Notes under the pieces: generated by a model
Databases searched by the model: none
What the model was told of the DNA's origin: nothing
Seen by the model: the letters and a program-made list of their open reading frames with translations, nothing else
Shown: positions 37,605-48,342 of the stretch, piece by piece
How positions within the stretch are numbered: position 1 is the stretch's first letter
Layout: each line of letters opens with the position of its first letter
NCBI GenBank assembly: GCA_022561215.1
Contig: JADFRQ010000013.1
Span: 653-64,652 of the forward strand
Origin: Chloroflexota bacterium
Lineage (GTDB): Bacteria; Chloroflexota; Anaerolineae; Anaerolineales; E44-bin32
DNA: 64,000 nucleotides
Direction of reading: 5' to 3'
Translations under genes and position numbers: made by a program

Positions 37605-37922
37605 AGAGCCTTGGCTCGAGAGCATTATTGGTTCGCGCAAAACCCCATCCTTTTCAGGTAACCTGATCGCATGGTGATAGCGAGGGTTACGTTCCAACAA
37701 AAAAGAGTATAGTCTCCTATAGTATGACGGAGAAAGATTACAAAAGGATTACGAGTTTTACGAAGAAGATCCGCATCGGAACTAGCAAGTGATCAGTGAA
37801 CAGTAAGCAGGGACGCGAATACCTGCATTTGGCCACGATGAGGCAAAAACAAAAAAGCAGCGTTGAATACGGAAGCCTGAGAAAAACCATAGATCAAAGA
37901 TTTGGTGGAGGGACTACAATCG

Positions 37923-38732
37923 ATGAGCGATCAATTCGAGCAAGACGCGCGGGTCGAGAAAATGTGGCGCGACTACATGATCAATGGTGAACCCGATAGG
38001 GAAAGGCGGCAGCGTTTCATTCTGGGGCTGCTGCCCGGAAACCCTCGCTGCAAGTACTGCAATGCACCCTTTCAGGGTCCCGGCAGTATCGTCGCCAAAT
38101 TCATCTTTAATAAACGGCCATCAAGTTTAAACCCAAAACTGTGCAATATTTGCGAGAGGTTTGCCAGCGAGTATCAGGGAGGCGCGGAGGTAGAACTTTC
38201 CTTGTTGTTTGCTGACGTGCGCGGTTCGACGACGCTCGCCGAATCAATGAGACCCATGGAATTCAGCAAGTTGATTAACCGTTTTTATAACAGCACCTCG
38301 AAGGTGCTGGTGAAGACGAATGCGCTGATTGATAAGATCATTGGCGATCAAGTTGCGGGGATGTATGTACCGGGTTTCGCAGGGCCTCAACACGCACGCG
38401 TTGCGGTAGAGGCGGCACAAAAGATTTTACTGGCAACAGGCCATGATCGTGTCCAGGGGCCGTGGATTCCATTGGGTATCGGGGTGCATACGGGGATCGC
38501 GTTTGTCGGCTCGGTGCATTCGGAGGATGGTATCTCTGACATTACGGTATTGGGCGATGTCCCGAACGTTGCCGCGCGCTTGTCATCCCAGGCCCAACCA
38601 GGCGAAATATTGATCAGCGAGCCTGCCTACAAGGCTAGCGGGTTCGGTGATCGCACATTGGAGACACGTGTGCTTGAGTTGAAGGGCAAAGAAAAATCGA
38701 CGACCGTTTATGTCCTCGAACCCTTCGCCTGA
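37923..38732 (+). CDS. class III adenylate/guanylate cyclase domain protein with N-terminal Cys-rich region
   Basis: LLFADVRGSTTLAE, IGDQVAGMY, GVHTGIAFVG and VLGDVPNVAARL motifs. N-terminal CKYC...CNIC zinc-ribbon-like pairs. Confidence 0.8.
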   Translation: MSDQFEQDARVEKMWRDYMINGEPDRERRQRFILGLLPGNPRCKYCNAPFQGPGSIVAKFIFNKRPSSLNPKLCNICERFASEYQGGAEVELSLLFADVRGSTTLAESMRPMEFSKLINRFYNSTSKVLVKTNALIDKIIGDQVAGMYVPGFAGPQHARVAVEAAQKILLATGHDRVQGPWIPLGIGVHTGIAFVGSVHSEDGISDITVLGDVPNVAARLSSQAQPGEILISEPAYKASGFGDRTLETRVLELKGKEKSTTVYVLEPFA

Positions 38733-38822
38733 CTCGAGTGGATGGAAAAAACGGATCGCAAATCGGCCTCGATAACTTGCGCCGATTGGAGAAAATGCAC
38801 AGCATCAAATGGAGAAAAGCAC

Positions 38823-39038
38823 ATGTCCAAATTTTCCGAACATGCCAATTTTAATAAGCTTGGGATTATTCTTCTCGATGAACTAGGAGCCTACGCCGTT
38901 ATCGTTAACAAAAATCGCTATGAACAAGGTAAGGTGGCAAAGTTTGCAGTGGTGAATGTGAGCGAAGAATGGGTGGATAGCGTCCATAGTAACCGAGATG
39001 AGGCATTCAACACGACCCTAAATCTATACGGCAAGTAA
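38823..39038 (+). CDS. hypothetical small protein
   Basis: 71-aa ORF after a GGAGAA RBS, with no recognisable motif. Confidence 0.35.
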   Translation: MSKFSEHANFNKLGIILLDELGAYAVIVNKNRYEQGKVAKFAVVNVSEEWVDSVHSNRDEAFNTTLNLYGK

Positions 39039-39090
39039 GTAACACAGATTTTCATTGCCTCTCGATAGTTCCCATTCTAAGGAGTTTTAA

Positions 39091-40239
39091 ATGACGCGCA
39101 CCAGCGATCAGTCCATGAGCACGCGCCTTGCACATGCAGGCTACACCATCGATAAATCCACGGGAGCGGTAATCCCTCCCATTCAGCCATCGACTACGTT
39201 CGCCCGCGATGAGAATTATGAACTCATCGGCGATTATGTGTACAGCCGAACGCAGAGCCCCAACAACGAACACGTCGAACAGCTGGCGGCCGATCTGGAC
39301 AATGGGGCGGAAGCATTGTTGTTCTCCTCTGGAATGGCGGCGATTACGTCCGTCTTCGAGACGGTGAAGATGGGCCAGCAGATTGTCGCCCCAACGATCA
39401 TGTATTACGGCGCGCAGGACTGGCTGCGCTGGATTGCTGAAAGACGAAACATCGAATTGTCTTTATTTGACCCGACGGATCCTGAGGCATTGCAGCGCAC
39501 CATCAAACCCAAGAAAGCAGCCATTGTCTGGATTGAGACTCCGGTTAACCCGACATGGGATGTGATCGATATCGAGCAGGCTGCGGGCCTGGCGCATGCA
39601 GCGGGCGCCATTCTTGGGGTAGATGCAACCGTTGCCCCTCCTGTGACCACGCAGGCACTGCAGCTTGGAGCCGATCTTGTTTTTCACTCGGCGACAAAGT
39701 ATATGAACGGACATTCGGACCTGACCGCAGGTATCCTGGTGACCAAGCAGGCCGATGCGCGCTGGCAGGAGATAAAATTCGTGCGTGAGCACAGCGGCGG
39801 GGTGTTGGGTTCATTTGAGGCCTGGCTCCTGCTGCGAGGAATGCGCACACTGGCCCTGCGCTTTGAACGCGCCTCGAACTCGGCATTGAAGATCGCGCGC
39901 CATTTCGCCAACCATCCGAAGTTGGAAGCGGTCCTCTATCCGGGTCTCGAGAGCCATCCGGGGCACGCGATCGCCCGGCGACAGATGCGTAATGGCTTTG
40001 GCGGCATGCTCTCGATTTGCGTAACTGGAGGCGCCAAAGAAGCGCTTGCCGTGGCCGTTAACTTGAAACTGTTTATCCCGGCGACGTCGCTTGGCGGCGT
40101 GGAGAGCCTGGTTGAGCACAGGGCCTCGGTGGAAAGCCCATTAAGCAAGGTGAAACCAAATTTACTGCGCCTGTCGATCGGGATCGAGGAGCCCGCCGAT
40201 CTGATCGCGGATCTAGAGCAGGCGCTCGACCACGCTTGA
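39091..40239 (+). CDS. Cys/Met-metabolism PLP-dependent enzyme (cystathionine gamma-synthase / beta-lyase family)
   Basis: 382 aa. The PLP-lysine motif HSATKYMNGHSD and the C-terminal LGGVESL...RLSIGIE are typical of the transsulfuration family. Confidence 0.85.
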   Translation: MTRTSDQSMSTRLAHAGYTIDKSTGAVIPPIQPSTTFARDENYELIGDYVYSRTQSPNNEHVEQLAADLDNGAEALLFSSGMAAITSVFETVKMGQQIVAPTIMYYGAQDWLRWIAERRNIELSLFDPTDPEALQRTIKPKKAAIVWIETPVNPTWDVIDIEQAAGLAHAAGAILGVDATVAPPVTTQALQLGADLVFHSATKYMNGHSDLTAGILVTKQADARWQEIKFVREHSGGVLGSFEAWLLLRGMRTLALRFERASNSALKIARHFANHPKLEAVLYPGLESHPGHAIARRQMRNGFGGMLSICVTGGAKEALAVAVNLKLFIPATSLGGVESLVEHRASVESPLSKVKPNLLRLSIGIEEPADLIADLEQALDHA

Positions 40240-40436
40240 ATGTTATTTGGCCTCACATTATTCAAGTGTTTTGCAATCCCGAAGTGTGCTGCACCTGATG
40301 ATGTGCAACCATATGAAGTAGCGCTACTTGGTTCCGGAGTATCGAACGAATATGTGATTCGTGCGCAATCAGCAGTTGGAGTATGATCTTTTGCGGAAGA
40401 TCGACATTCCCAGATTCGGTCAAAGGAGAGCATTAG

Positions 40437-41063
40437 TTGGATAATCCGCTCATCGTAATCCCCATTCTCATCGCCGTAGTCTTGATCGTTACCAAAGGTA
40501 GAGAGTATCTTGCGTACATATCGACGCGCAGGAGCTGGTCGGAGCTTGCAAGAAGCGAAGCGCTTGAATTTGTCTCCGGCGATTTTCGAATTTTCGGCTG
40601 GCAAACTCCCGACAAACTCAGCGGAACCTATAAGGACCGGGAAATTCTGGCCTACAATTCGCATGTCGATCTCGGCGATCCCTGGCCCAACCGCTATACG
40701 AGCATTCAAATCTCAGCGCGCGCATATCCTGAAGCACTGGCGCACTTTGAAAACCGCTGGCTGTGGAATTACCGCCGCAGGAAACATGCAACCGGCGACG
40801 ATAATTTTGAGAGGTGGGTTGTGGCAGAGAGCGTCCCCAGCAATTACAAGACGAAACTTTTGGAAAGCGCACATAATCGAGATTTGATCAAATCGATCGT
40901 CTCCCCTACATTTGGTTCCGCTGGAAAATTAGTTTTTAACGATACAGGCAAAATCACCTATCGTGGGAAGCGAATTTTCTCCCCTTCCCAATTGAAAAAG
41001 AAATTGGATCAGCTTTCCGAACTTGCCGCGATCGTGGAAGCGCAAGCGCCGCAGTTGAAATAA
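40437..41063 (+). CDS. hypothetical protein with N-terminal TM anchor
   Basis: 208-aa ORF with a TTG start and one N-terminal hydrophobic helix. No recognised motif. Confidence 0.45.
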   Translation: MDNPLIVIPILIAVVLIVTKGREYLAYISTRRSWSELARSEALEFVSGDFRIFGWQTPDKLSGTYKDREILAYNSHVDLGDPWPNRYTSIQISARAYPEALAHFENRWLWNYRRRKHATGDDNFERWVVAESVPSNYKTKLLESAHNRDLIKSIVSPTFGSAGKLVFNDTGKITYRGKRIFSPSQLKKKLDQLSELAAIVEAQAPQLK

Positions 41064-41214
41064 TGCTATTCCAGCAATCGCGCCCCAAAAGATGTTCATT
41101 CTGATAAATATCCCCTCCTTCCCGCCGTAGGCTTGATCCAGACTACCATGATCCTACTTCTCTATGTCTCCGCATATGGTATTGTAAGGAAATCCATATT
41201 CGTGGGAGTTAGCC

Positions 41215-41940
41215 ATGCTGCCGTTGAAGGATCTCAACCCAACACGCCGTACTCCGTATGTCACTTACGGCTTAATCGCAATTAATGTCGTTATCTTTCT
41301 CTGGGAGCAATTATTCTCTGTTGCCGATCTGCAAAATATGTTCCTGCGGCTCTCCGTTGTCCCCGCCAATGTGGCCCAGGATCCCTTTGCCCTCGAAACG
41401 CTGTTTGATTTTGTGCGCAGCATGTTTTTTCACGGAGGATGGGCACACTTATTAGGCAATATGCTGTATTTGTGGTTGTTTGGGGATAATATCGAGGACC
41501 GCTTTGGGGCCATACTCTACATAATCATCTACTTTATTGGTGGCTTCGCCGCCTCCGTTGCGCAAATCTTGATTGACCCTAATTCACCGATCCCACTAAT
41601 TGGCGCCAGTGGCGCTATCGCAGCTGTCTTGGGCAGCTATCTGATTTTGTTTCCGGGCGTGCGCGTGCGCGGCATCATCTTTTTTGGCTTTTTCACACGT
41701 TTGGCGGAATGGCCCGCCTGGGGGGTCCTGGGTTTGTGGTTTGTTCTGCAGCTGCTCAATGGTGCGGCATCTTTGGGGGTGGCGATTGGCGCCAGCGGCG
41801 GTGTTGCCTTCTTCGCCCATATTGGTGGTTTTATCATGGGCGTTGTGTTGACATGGTTCCTCATGCGCATTATCCCCCAACCTCCACAGGATGCGCGCCG
41901 CGAAATGCTCTACGAACGCGCGAAGCGTTATCGTTATTGA
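41215..41940 (+). CDS. rhomboid family intramembrane serine protease (second copy)
   Basis: HGGWAHLLGNM, GASGAIAAVLGSY and AHIGGF motifs. Confidence 0.85.
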   Translation: MLPLKDLNPTRRTPYVTYGLIAINVVIFLWEQLFSVADLQNMFLRLSVVPANVAQDPFALETLFDFVRSMFFHGGWAHLLGNMLYLWLFGDNIEDRFGAILYIIIYFIGGFAASVAQILIDPNSPIPLIGASGAIAAVLGSYLILFPGVRVRGIIFFGFFTRLAEWPAWGVLGLWFVLQLLNGAASLGVAIGASGGVAFFAHIGGFIMGVVLTWFLMRIIPQPPQDARREMLYERAKRYRY

Positions 41941-42008
41941 GTGGGACTTTCCTGAAATCACACAACCCTCACTAAAAGCGCCAGTGTAACTATCCTGGAT
42001 TAGTTCAT

Positions 42009-43001
42009 TTGGATGAAAAGGGTTTCTTTCCCCAGAGTATAAGAAAACGAGCAGCGCTGCTTATTGCCATCCTGGCGGCGCTGACATATGTCTTAATCAC
42101 ACGTGTAATCTTTGGCAGCGATTTTAACGTCTATGGCCCATTCAGTCTGAGCTTTTTCTTTCTCGCACCACCGGTCTTGGGGTTTCTCACGATCATCTTA
42201 CTGCCACCCGAGAAAGAGGTCTCGATCCCCAATGCAATGCTCCTGCCGCTGGCACCCATGCTGGCATGCATCTTTATCGCCGGGATATTTCATGTCGAAG
42301 CGTGGTTCTGTGTGATTCTGGCGCTGCCCATATTTGTCGGGTTGGCATCATTCGGCGGGATAATTGCTCGATTCATTCGCAAACTTGACCGCGGTCCGAG
42401 ATTCGGCGCGCTGCTCTTCGCAGTCAGCCTCCCCTATCTTGTGACGCCTATCGAGAGCCTATTCCCGGTTCAAGAGAGCATACGCAGGGTACATTCACAG
42501 ATTGAGATTAATGCGTCGGCGAGTGTAGTATGGGCCAATATTACCAACTTTGATCCTATCCTGCCTTCTGAGCAATCTTTTGCCTTCTTTCATCTCATTG
42601 GCCTTCCTCGGCCGAAGAGAGCGCAGATGCACTGTGCTCAGGTAGGGTGCATCCGTCAGGGTCATTGGGAAAACGGGCTGGTTTTCGATGGGACGATTAC
42701 CGAGATCGAACTCGGAAAATCCTATTGGGTAGACCTGCGCGCCGACACGCGTAATGTGCGCTCGTCCATGGCTCCGTTGGCGCAAATTGGGGGTTCCCAG
42801 TTTGGGATGGTGGATGACGGCTATTTCATCGAGGATTTGGGGGAAGGGGGATCGATCCTGCATCTCTACAGCACCTACCGCATCTCCACCGGAATCAACG
42901 CCTATGCCGGGTTGTGGCTGGATTTCCTCATGCGCGACATTCAACGCTACATTCTCGGCATTGAGAAGGTCCGTAGCGAGAGCCAGGCGGCATTTAATTA
43001 G
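42009..43001 (+). CDS. membrane protein with C-terminal SRPBCC-like domain (hypothetical)
   Basis: 330 aa. About four N-terminal TM helices precede a soluble domain (ASASVVWANITNFD...) that resembles SRPBCC/polyketide-cyclase-like proteins. Weak assignment. Confidence 0.5.
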   Translation: MDEKGFFPQSIRKRAALLIAILAALTYVLITRVIFGSDFNVYGPFSLSFFFLAPPVLGFLTIILLPPEKEVSIPNAMLLPLAPMLACIFIAGIFHVEAWFCVILALPIFVGLASFGGIIARFIRKLDRGPRFGALLFAVSLPYLVTPIESLFPVQESIRRVHSQIEINASASVVWANITNFDPILPSEQSFAFFHLIGLPRPKRAQMHCAQVGCIRQGHWENGLVFDGTITEIELGKSYWVDLRADTRNVRSSMAPLAQIGGSQFGMVDDGYFIEDLGEGGSILHLYSTYRISTGINAYAGLWLDFLMRDIQRYILGIEKVRSESQAAFN

Positions 43002-43237
43002 TTTGAAACGACGGCATCTCAAACATCCCCTCTTCATCCCTCCTCAAAAATGCACAGGAATCGCAATGCACCCGGTTTTGTTCGCAGGAGACCAAGGTCG
43101 GTAGGCAGAAGCAGTCTTAAGCGGGGTTTCTTCGTAACGCTTTCCAGACGTATTTTGTTTAAAATAGTGGCATTGAGAGCAGGTACAAGTGCCGCGCGTC
43201 ATTTTTCAGGAGTAGGACTTATGCTGCAAATCGTTAA

Positions 43238-44064
43238 GTGTATAGAATATCAAGGTTGACTACGATGAATTCCCGCGCTCCGCGCTGGTTGGCATGGTTC
43301 ATCGTGGGAGTTTATTTCTCCCTTATCACGCTGGGTCTTGTCCCGCAGTTCATAACCCAAGCCACCCTCCTGGATCTCGACTTTCCCTTCCTGCTTCTGA
43401 ATTCCCTCGCCCTCGGATTCCTGTCCATCGTGGGCGCGATCATCGCCTGGCGGCAGTCTGGGCACCTGATCGGATGGATAGCTTGCATTGGGCCCTTATT
43501 CTGGGCAATGAATATTGCCGCATTTGGCCACGTTTATTATGCCTATATTGCCCATCCGGGTTCGTTACCCGCCAGCGACATCATCCTCCTTTGGCTTTCG
43601 CGGATAGGTTCTACCATCGGATTCCTCGCTGCGATGTTTGCATTCCTGCTGTTTCCGACGGATAAACTGCTGACAGCGCGATGGCGGATTGTGCCCCAGA
43701 CAGCCATTGTAGCCGCGGCCATATTCACACTGGCAGCGGCTTTTGAACCCGGGCCCTTGGGGTAGTTTCCCTTGCTTTCCAATCCAGTTGGAGCCGATCA
43801 GCCTTTATGGACAGTTCTGCAACCGATCATGGGGATGATGTTCTTTCTTATTGTCGCGGCTTTCTTCGCCGCGGGAATTTCCCTGATTGTCCGCTCTAAG
43901 CGGTCGAAGGGCGATGGGAATATACCTCTGATACGCTCTCCTCTTTGAACAGGATTGTAGAAGCCATGATTTATGGTTTGGTGATCGGATTGATCGGAGG
44001 CACCGTTCTCGTCGTTCGTCAAAGGGGTAGCAACCCTACTGCACCAAACGACGAGAAAGCGTGA
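43238..44064 (+). pseudogene. remnant of a membrane sensor N-terminal module (no output domain)
   Basis: A hydrophobic ORF ends at an in-frame TAG (43763-43765). The same frame continues FPLLSNPVGADQPLW...RSKRSKGD, then shifts frame to a further TM segment ending at 44064. No kinase or other output domain follows. Confidence 0.4.
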
Positions 44065-44082
44065 AGCGCCAACCAGTATGAC

Positions 44083-44523
44083 GTGTACATTCAGCACGGC
44101 TTATGCGGATTTTCGAAGGCCCTTCGGATGAACAAGCCACAACGCATAAGCCTTATCGGCGGCGCAGCGATGATCCTGGGAGCGCGCTTTCGCATGTTTA
44201 ACTATGACTTGATCTTGGCGATGGAGTCGGGGACAGAATTCGCAGGGCTGGAGCGACTAACTGTTTGGATTGGCTTTGTTATCCTGCTTGGCGGCCTCGT
44301 ATACGGAGGCAAGCCAGGGAAACGCTATTCATTGGGGACACCTATCTTTGCGCTGCTTGCCGGGGCGATGTTTTTCCCGGCCTGTTATCTCGCGCTAGCG
44401 GCAGAACCCATTGCCGGAGACGAACTCAGATCAATCCCCGGTTTGGGTCTCTATCTCACATTCCTTGGAATCGGACTTGCAATCACTGGGGGGGGTTGCA
44501 AGTTGTTGAGCAGTGAAGGATAA
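44083..44523 (+). CDS. hypothetical membrane protein
   Basis: 146-aa ORF with about four hydrophobic helices. Confidence 0.4.
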   Translation: MYIQHGLCGFSKALRMNKPQRISLIGGAAMILGARFRMFNYDLILAMESGTEFAGLERLTVWIGFVILLGGLVYGGKPGKRYSLGTPIFALLAGAMFFPACYLALAAEPIAGDELRSIPGLGLYLTFLGIGLAITGGGCKLLSSEG

Positions 44524-44766
44524 AAAGCAGAAGGAATCTTTCGCGCAACTCCTGAGCTTCGCATTAACTCAAAGCGTTTGAAAGGCTCCGTGCATCGCCG
44601 CGATTGAGATAGGAAGTGGTTATCACCGTAGGGATCTTAGAACACGCACGGCATAAACTCCGAGCAAAGGGATCCAGGATCTACCTGGCGCCGCCTAGGC
44701 CGGGACCGCTTTATCTTAGCGATAAACAGGTTCATCTTCGATATTGAGAATCAATCGATGAGCCCT

Positions 44767-45042
44767 TCACCGAATGTCGAAAAGAAGCGATTCCGACCCA
44801 AGACCCGAGATGACCGCCCGATCGCGTCCCGGTGAAAGTCTTAGCTTCTGGCCGCGCTCTAGCACGAAGTCCTTGCCATCGAAGGTCAACCAGGCCTTTC
44901 CTGAGAGGACCCTCAGCACCTGGTTCCTTCGCTCCACGCTGAATGGCTGTCCATCCTTCAAGCAGTGGATTGAGGCTTTATTCGCACCAACCCCATTCCT
45001 CCCAATTCTGCCGATTGCCCTCCGAGCTGCCTGTGTAAACAT
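44767..45042 (-). CDS. hypothetical small beta-rich protein (DUF2917-like, tentative)
   Basis: 91-aa ORF. The pattern LSGKAWLTFDGKDFVLERGQKLRL is reminiscent of DUF2917/cupin-like proteins. Confidence 0.4.
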   Translation of the reverse strand: MFTQAARRAIGRIGRNGVGANKASIHCLKDGQPFSVERRNQVLRVLSGKAWLTFDGKDFVLERGQKLRLSPGRDRAVISGLGSESLLFDIR

Positions 45043-45180
45043 GCCTGGTTCCTCCTTCTGGCGAAAGCCGTTCTATAGCATTGCCCCCAACATAGCAGAG
45101 GCAGCGTCCCTGAAGCGTTCCACCCAGCGTTTCTCTGGCGTGGACAAATCTGGTTCTCTGCCAAGATGTATGAGCAAATT

Positions 45181-45212
45181 AAAAGAGGGGCGACGATGTT
45201 CGCCCCTCTTTT
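45181..45212. terminator. rho-independent, bidirectional-type terminator
   Basis: AAAA-GAGGGGCGA-cgatgt-TCGCCCCTC-TTTT. It lies 25 nt 3' of the stop of the minus-strand STAND gene. Confidence 0.7.
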
Positions 45213-45236
45213 ACTGCTTGTTAGGCAGAATCAGCG

Positions 45237-48200
45237 CTAACGCTCTCTATCTTCGAAAGCGTATGTCAGCGCCTCCTCTTCCGTCATATGCTCGCCTTCT
45301 GCGATCAGCCTGACAAGCGTCTTTTCTTCGAGCAGTGCTTGGGTGGAAGCCAGATCTCTTTCGTACTCGAGGCGATTTGCTGGCCACAAAGACACCCCGA
45401 TTTCCTCGAGCAGCGCCTTGGAGGCGCCCAGTAAAAGTGCCGCGCGCTCGGGATTCCCTAGTGCCACCGCTGGCCCCGCCAGGCTCGCAAAGCACTCCGC
45501 TATTCCTTTCTTGTCCTTTGCCTCAAGCAGCCAGGTTCAGACTGGCCCTAAACAACTCCTCCGCCTCGTCATAACCCCCTCGGTATTGGGCTATGCAACC
45601 CAGATTGTGGAACAAGTGAAGGAGCCGAACTCGGCGCGTCAACTGTTGGGCAAGGTCCAAACTTTCCTGGTAGAGCTTTCCGGCGGTGATGTAGTCATTC
45701 TCGCATCTGGCGAGATCTCCGAGCCGATTCAATGACCTGGCAATGCCGTCTCTGTATTCCATTTCACGGTAAGAGGCCATACTCTCCTCATAGACCTCTC
45801 GTACATCCGCGTAATCCTCCCGCAAATAGGCCAACAGCCCAAGATCGCCCACCAACGCCGCAGTTTTCATGAGGTCTTTGGATTCCTTCAGCAGCGCAAC
45901 GCTTTCCTCGAAGCATGACTGGGCCAACCCGAAATCGCTTTGATCCATGTGCACATGACCGAGAGCATGAAGTGAATCCGCGATCCCGAGCGTGTATCCC
46001 GTTTCGCGGGATATTGTAAGACTCTGATTGAGCAGGTCCTGAGTTCTCGAATAGTCACTCTGATGCCAGGCGATCCACCCCTGATAGCGAAGTGCGTCTG
46101 CGGTGCCCTCGGTGTCTACCCAATTCGCTCAAAAGCTTCTGGCTCTCTTGTGCGAGACGAAGGGAGGTGGCGTAATCCCCCTGCTGGTATATGAGCCATG
46201 CCAATGAATTGCGTCCTTTCGCGTGAAGGAGCATTCGGCCATCCTCCTTCGCGAACGATAAGGCTCCTTCTATCCATTCACGGCCTTCGGATAGGCGTTC
46301 CCGGCGACTCCAAAATCCTTCGAGCAAAAGTGCCAACCGCAAGCCCAATTCAGCATCTTCTTGTTCTAAAGCCCAACCCAATGCAGCCCTCAGGTTCCCC
46401 AGTTCAGATTCCAGGTGGTTCAGCCATCGGATCTGCTCTGGCCCTCTGAGCTTTTGCGCCGCCTCTTCCGCCAAGTCGCGGAAGAAGTGAAAGTGGCGAT
46501 GGCGCAGTGCTCGCCTCTCCCCCGCCTCGTGCAGCTTCTCGTGTGCATACTGACGGATGGTATTCAGCATCGAGTAGCGAACGACACGCTCATGACCTTC
46601 AGCAAGAACCAAGGACTTATCGATCAAGTTGGATAGTATCTCCAACACATTCTCTGGATAAAACTCTTCAGAGGATGAAGCCGCAGAGCCATCCTTGCTA
46701 ACGATAGGGTCGAGGTCAGGCGCGACCTTTTCGACGGCATGAAGAGAAAAACCGCCTGCGAAGACAGTAAGCCGGCGGAACAAAGTTTGCTCTTTAGGGG
46801 TCAGCAGCACGTAGCTCCAATCTATCGCCGCGCTTAGCGTCTGGTGGCGCGATGGAGCCACCGTACTGCCTCCAGTCAGCAAGCCGAAAGTGTCATCGAG
46901 ACGCGTGGCGATCTCTTGAGGAGTAAACATTCGAATACGCGCCGCTGCCAGCTCGATCGCCAAAGGGATACCGTCTAGACGTCTGCAGATCTGCACGACG
47001 GATGCCGCGTTCGTCTGGTTGAGTGAGAAGGTTTGCATCACAGATGCGGCTCGTTCGACGAACAAGTGGATGGCTTCGGATTTCATCAATTCAGCCGGAA
47101 CGCTAGCGCCGAGATTTGGCAAATTCAGGCTCGGGACCTGCCAGACTACCTCACTAGGGACATTCAGCCGCTCTCGGCTGGTCGCTAAGATGCGCAAGGA
47201 TGGATTGGATCGGAGGAGCGAATCGGCCAGGCGAGCGCAGTCAGGGAGCAAATGCTCGCAGTTATCTAGAATGAGAAGAAGTTGCTTGGGCTGCAGATAG
47301 TCCATAAGCGCCTGTAGCAGCGGTAGATCGCGTTCCTCCCTCACACCAAGAACCGCAGCGATCGCGTCTAGGACGAGCGCGCTGTCAGAGAGCGACGCCA
47401 ATTCAACCAACCATATGCCGTCCTTCATCTCTGATAGTCTGTCCGCCGCAACGCGCAAGCCCAGTCTCGTCTTTCCACTTCCTCCCGAGCCGGTCAGTGT
47501 CAACAGACGAGCATTCTGCAATTGCTTCATGACTTCCTCTACTTGACGCTCGCGTCCGATAAAGCTCGTCAATTGGGTGGGCAGGTTGTCCTTCCGGGGC
47601 TGAACAACAGCGCGGCCAGATGGTTCAAAGGCTTCGACCGATTTGAGAACCTGTTCATAGGCCTGGCGGGTGGCCGGGCTAACGGCCACGCCAAGCTCGC
47701 GTCTAAGGACTTGCACGCAAGTCTGATATACGCGGACCGCGCTCGCCTTGTCACGAACAAGTGCGTATAGCCGAATCAGCTGTCTGTGGTATTCCTCGCG
47801 AAGTGGGTCCTGCAGCACAAGGCGCTTCGCGTAACTGATCGCCGATCGATAACTGCGTTCGTCCTTGAGAAGATCCGTTAGCTGCTCCAAGGCCTCCTGA
47901 AGCCCTGCGCAAGACGTTCCCGTTCGGCGAGTACCCACGCATCGTAAAGACCTGGCAACAATTCACCTCGATAAAGATCGACGGCTTCGCGCAGTGCGGG
48001 TAACGACTGGGCTTCATCTAGGCTGCGTTCGAACTCGAGCATGTCCACTCGATAGGGTGCATCCTGAAGCCAGTGGATCGTCGATTGATCGGAAGCGATA
48101 AAGTCTCCTGCACTTGGAAGTGCCTGACGGATCCTGTGGAGCAGTCCGCGCAAGTTAGTACGGGCTTGGGCTTCCGTCGAATCTGGCCAGAACAGGAAAG

Positions 48201-48342
48201 CAATATGCTGACGAGATTGAGGCGCGTCAGGGTGCAGAATCAGATAGGCGATTAAGGATTGCAGGCGCGGCGAATCGAAATCGGTTAGAGGTTTATCGTC
48301 GTAGACAAGTCGGAAGCCACCAAGCAGTTGAATGTCAAGCAT
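45237..48342 (-). pseudogene. BTAD/SARP-type wHTH plus NB-ARC/AAA ATPase plus TPR (STAND) regulator, split by at least 3 frameshifts
   Basis: Four collinear ORFs in different frames. (1) wHTH+BTAD (LLGGFRLVYDDKPL..., LYRGELLPGLYD). (2) BTAD continuation plus Walker A LTLTGSGGSGKTRL. (3) TPR repeats. (4) A family-typical C-terminal tail (GNPERAALLLGASKALLEEIG). Confidence 0.8.

Noticed and set aside
39039-39090. A SAM or other riboswitch upstream of the transsulfuration gene, and leaders upstream of the acs and NMO genes.
   Set aside because: The metB-like leader is only about 50 nt and has no conserved riboswitch core. The longer leaders (1202-1668, 10181-10704) show only isolated small hairpins that I cannot match to any known class.
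43798-44097. A 99-aa minus-strand ORF.
   Set aside because: It is antisense to the recognisable, though decayed, plus-strand membrane sensor remnant. It has no start context or motif.
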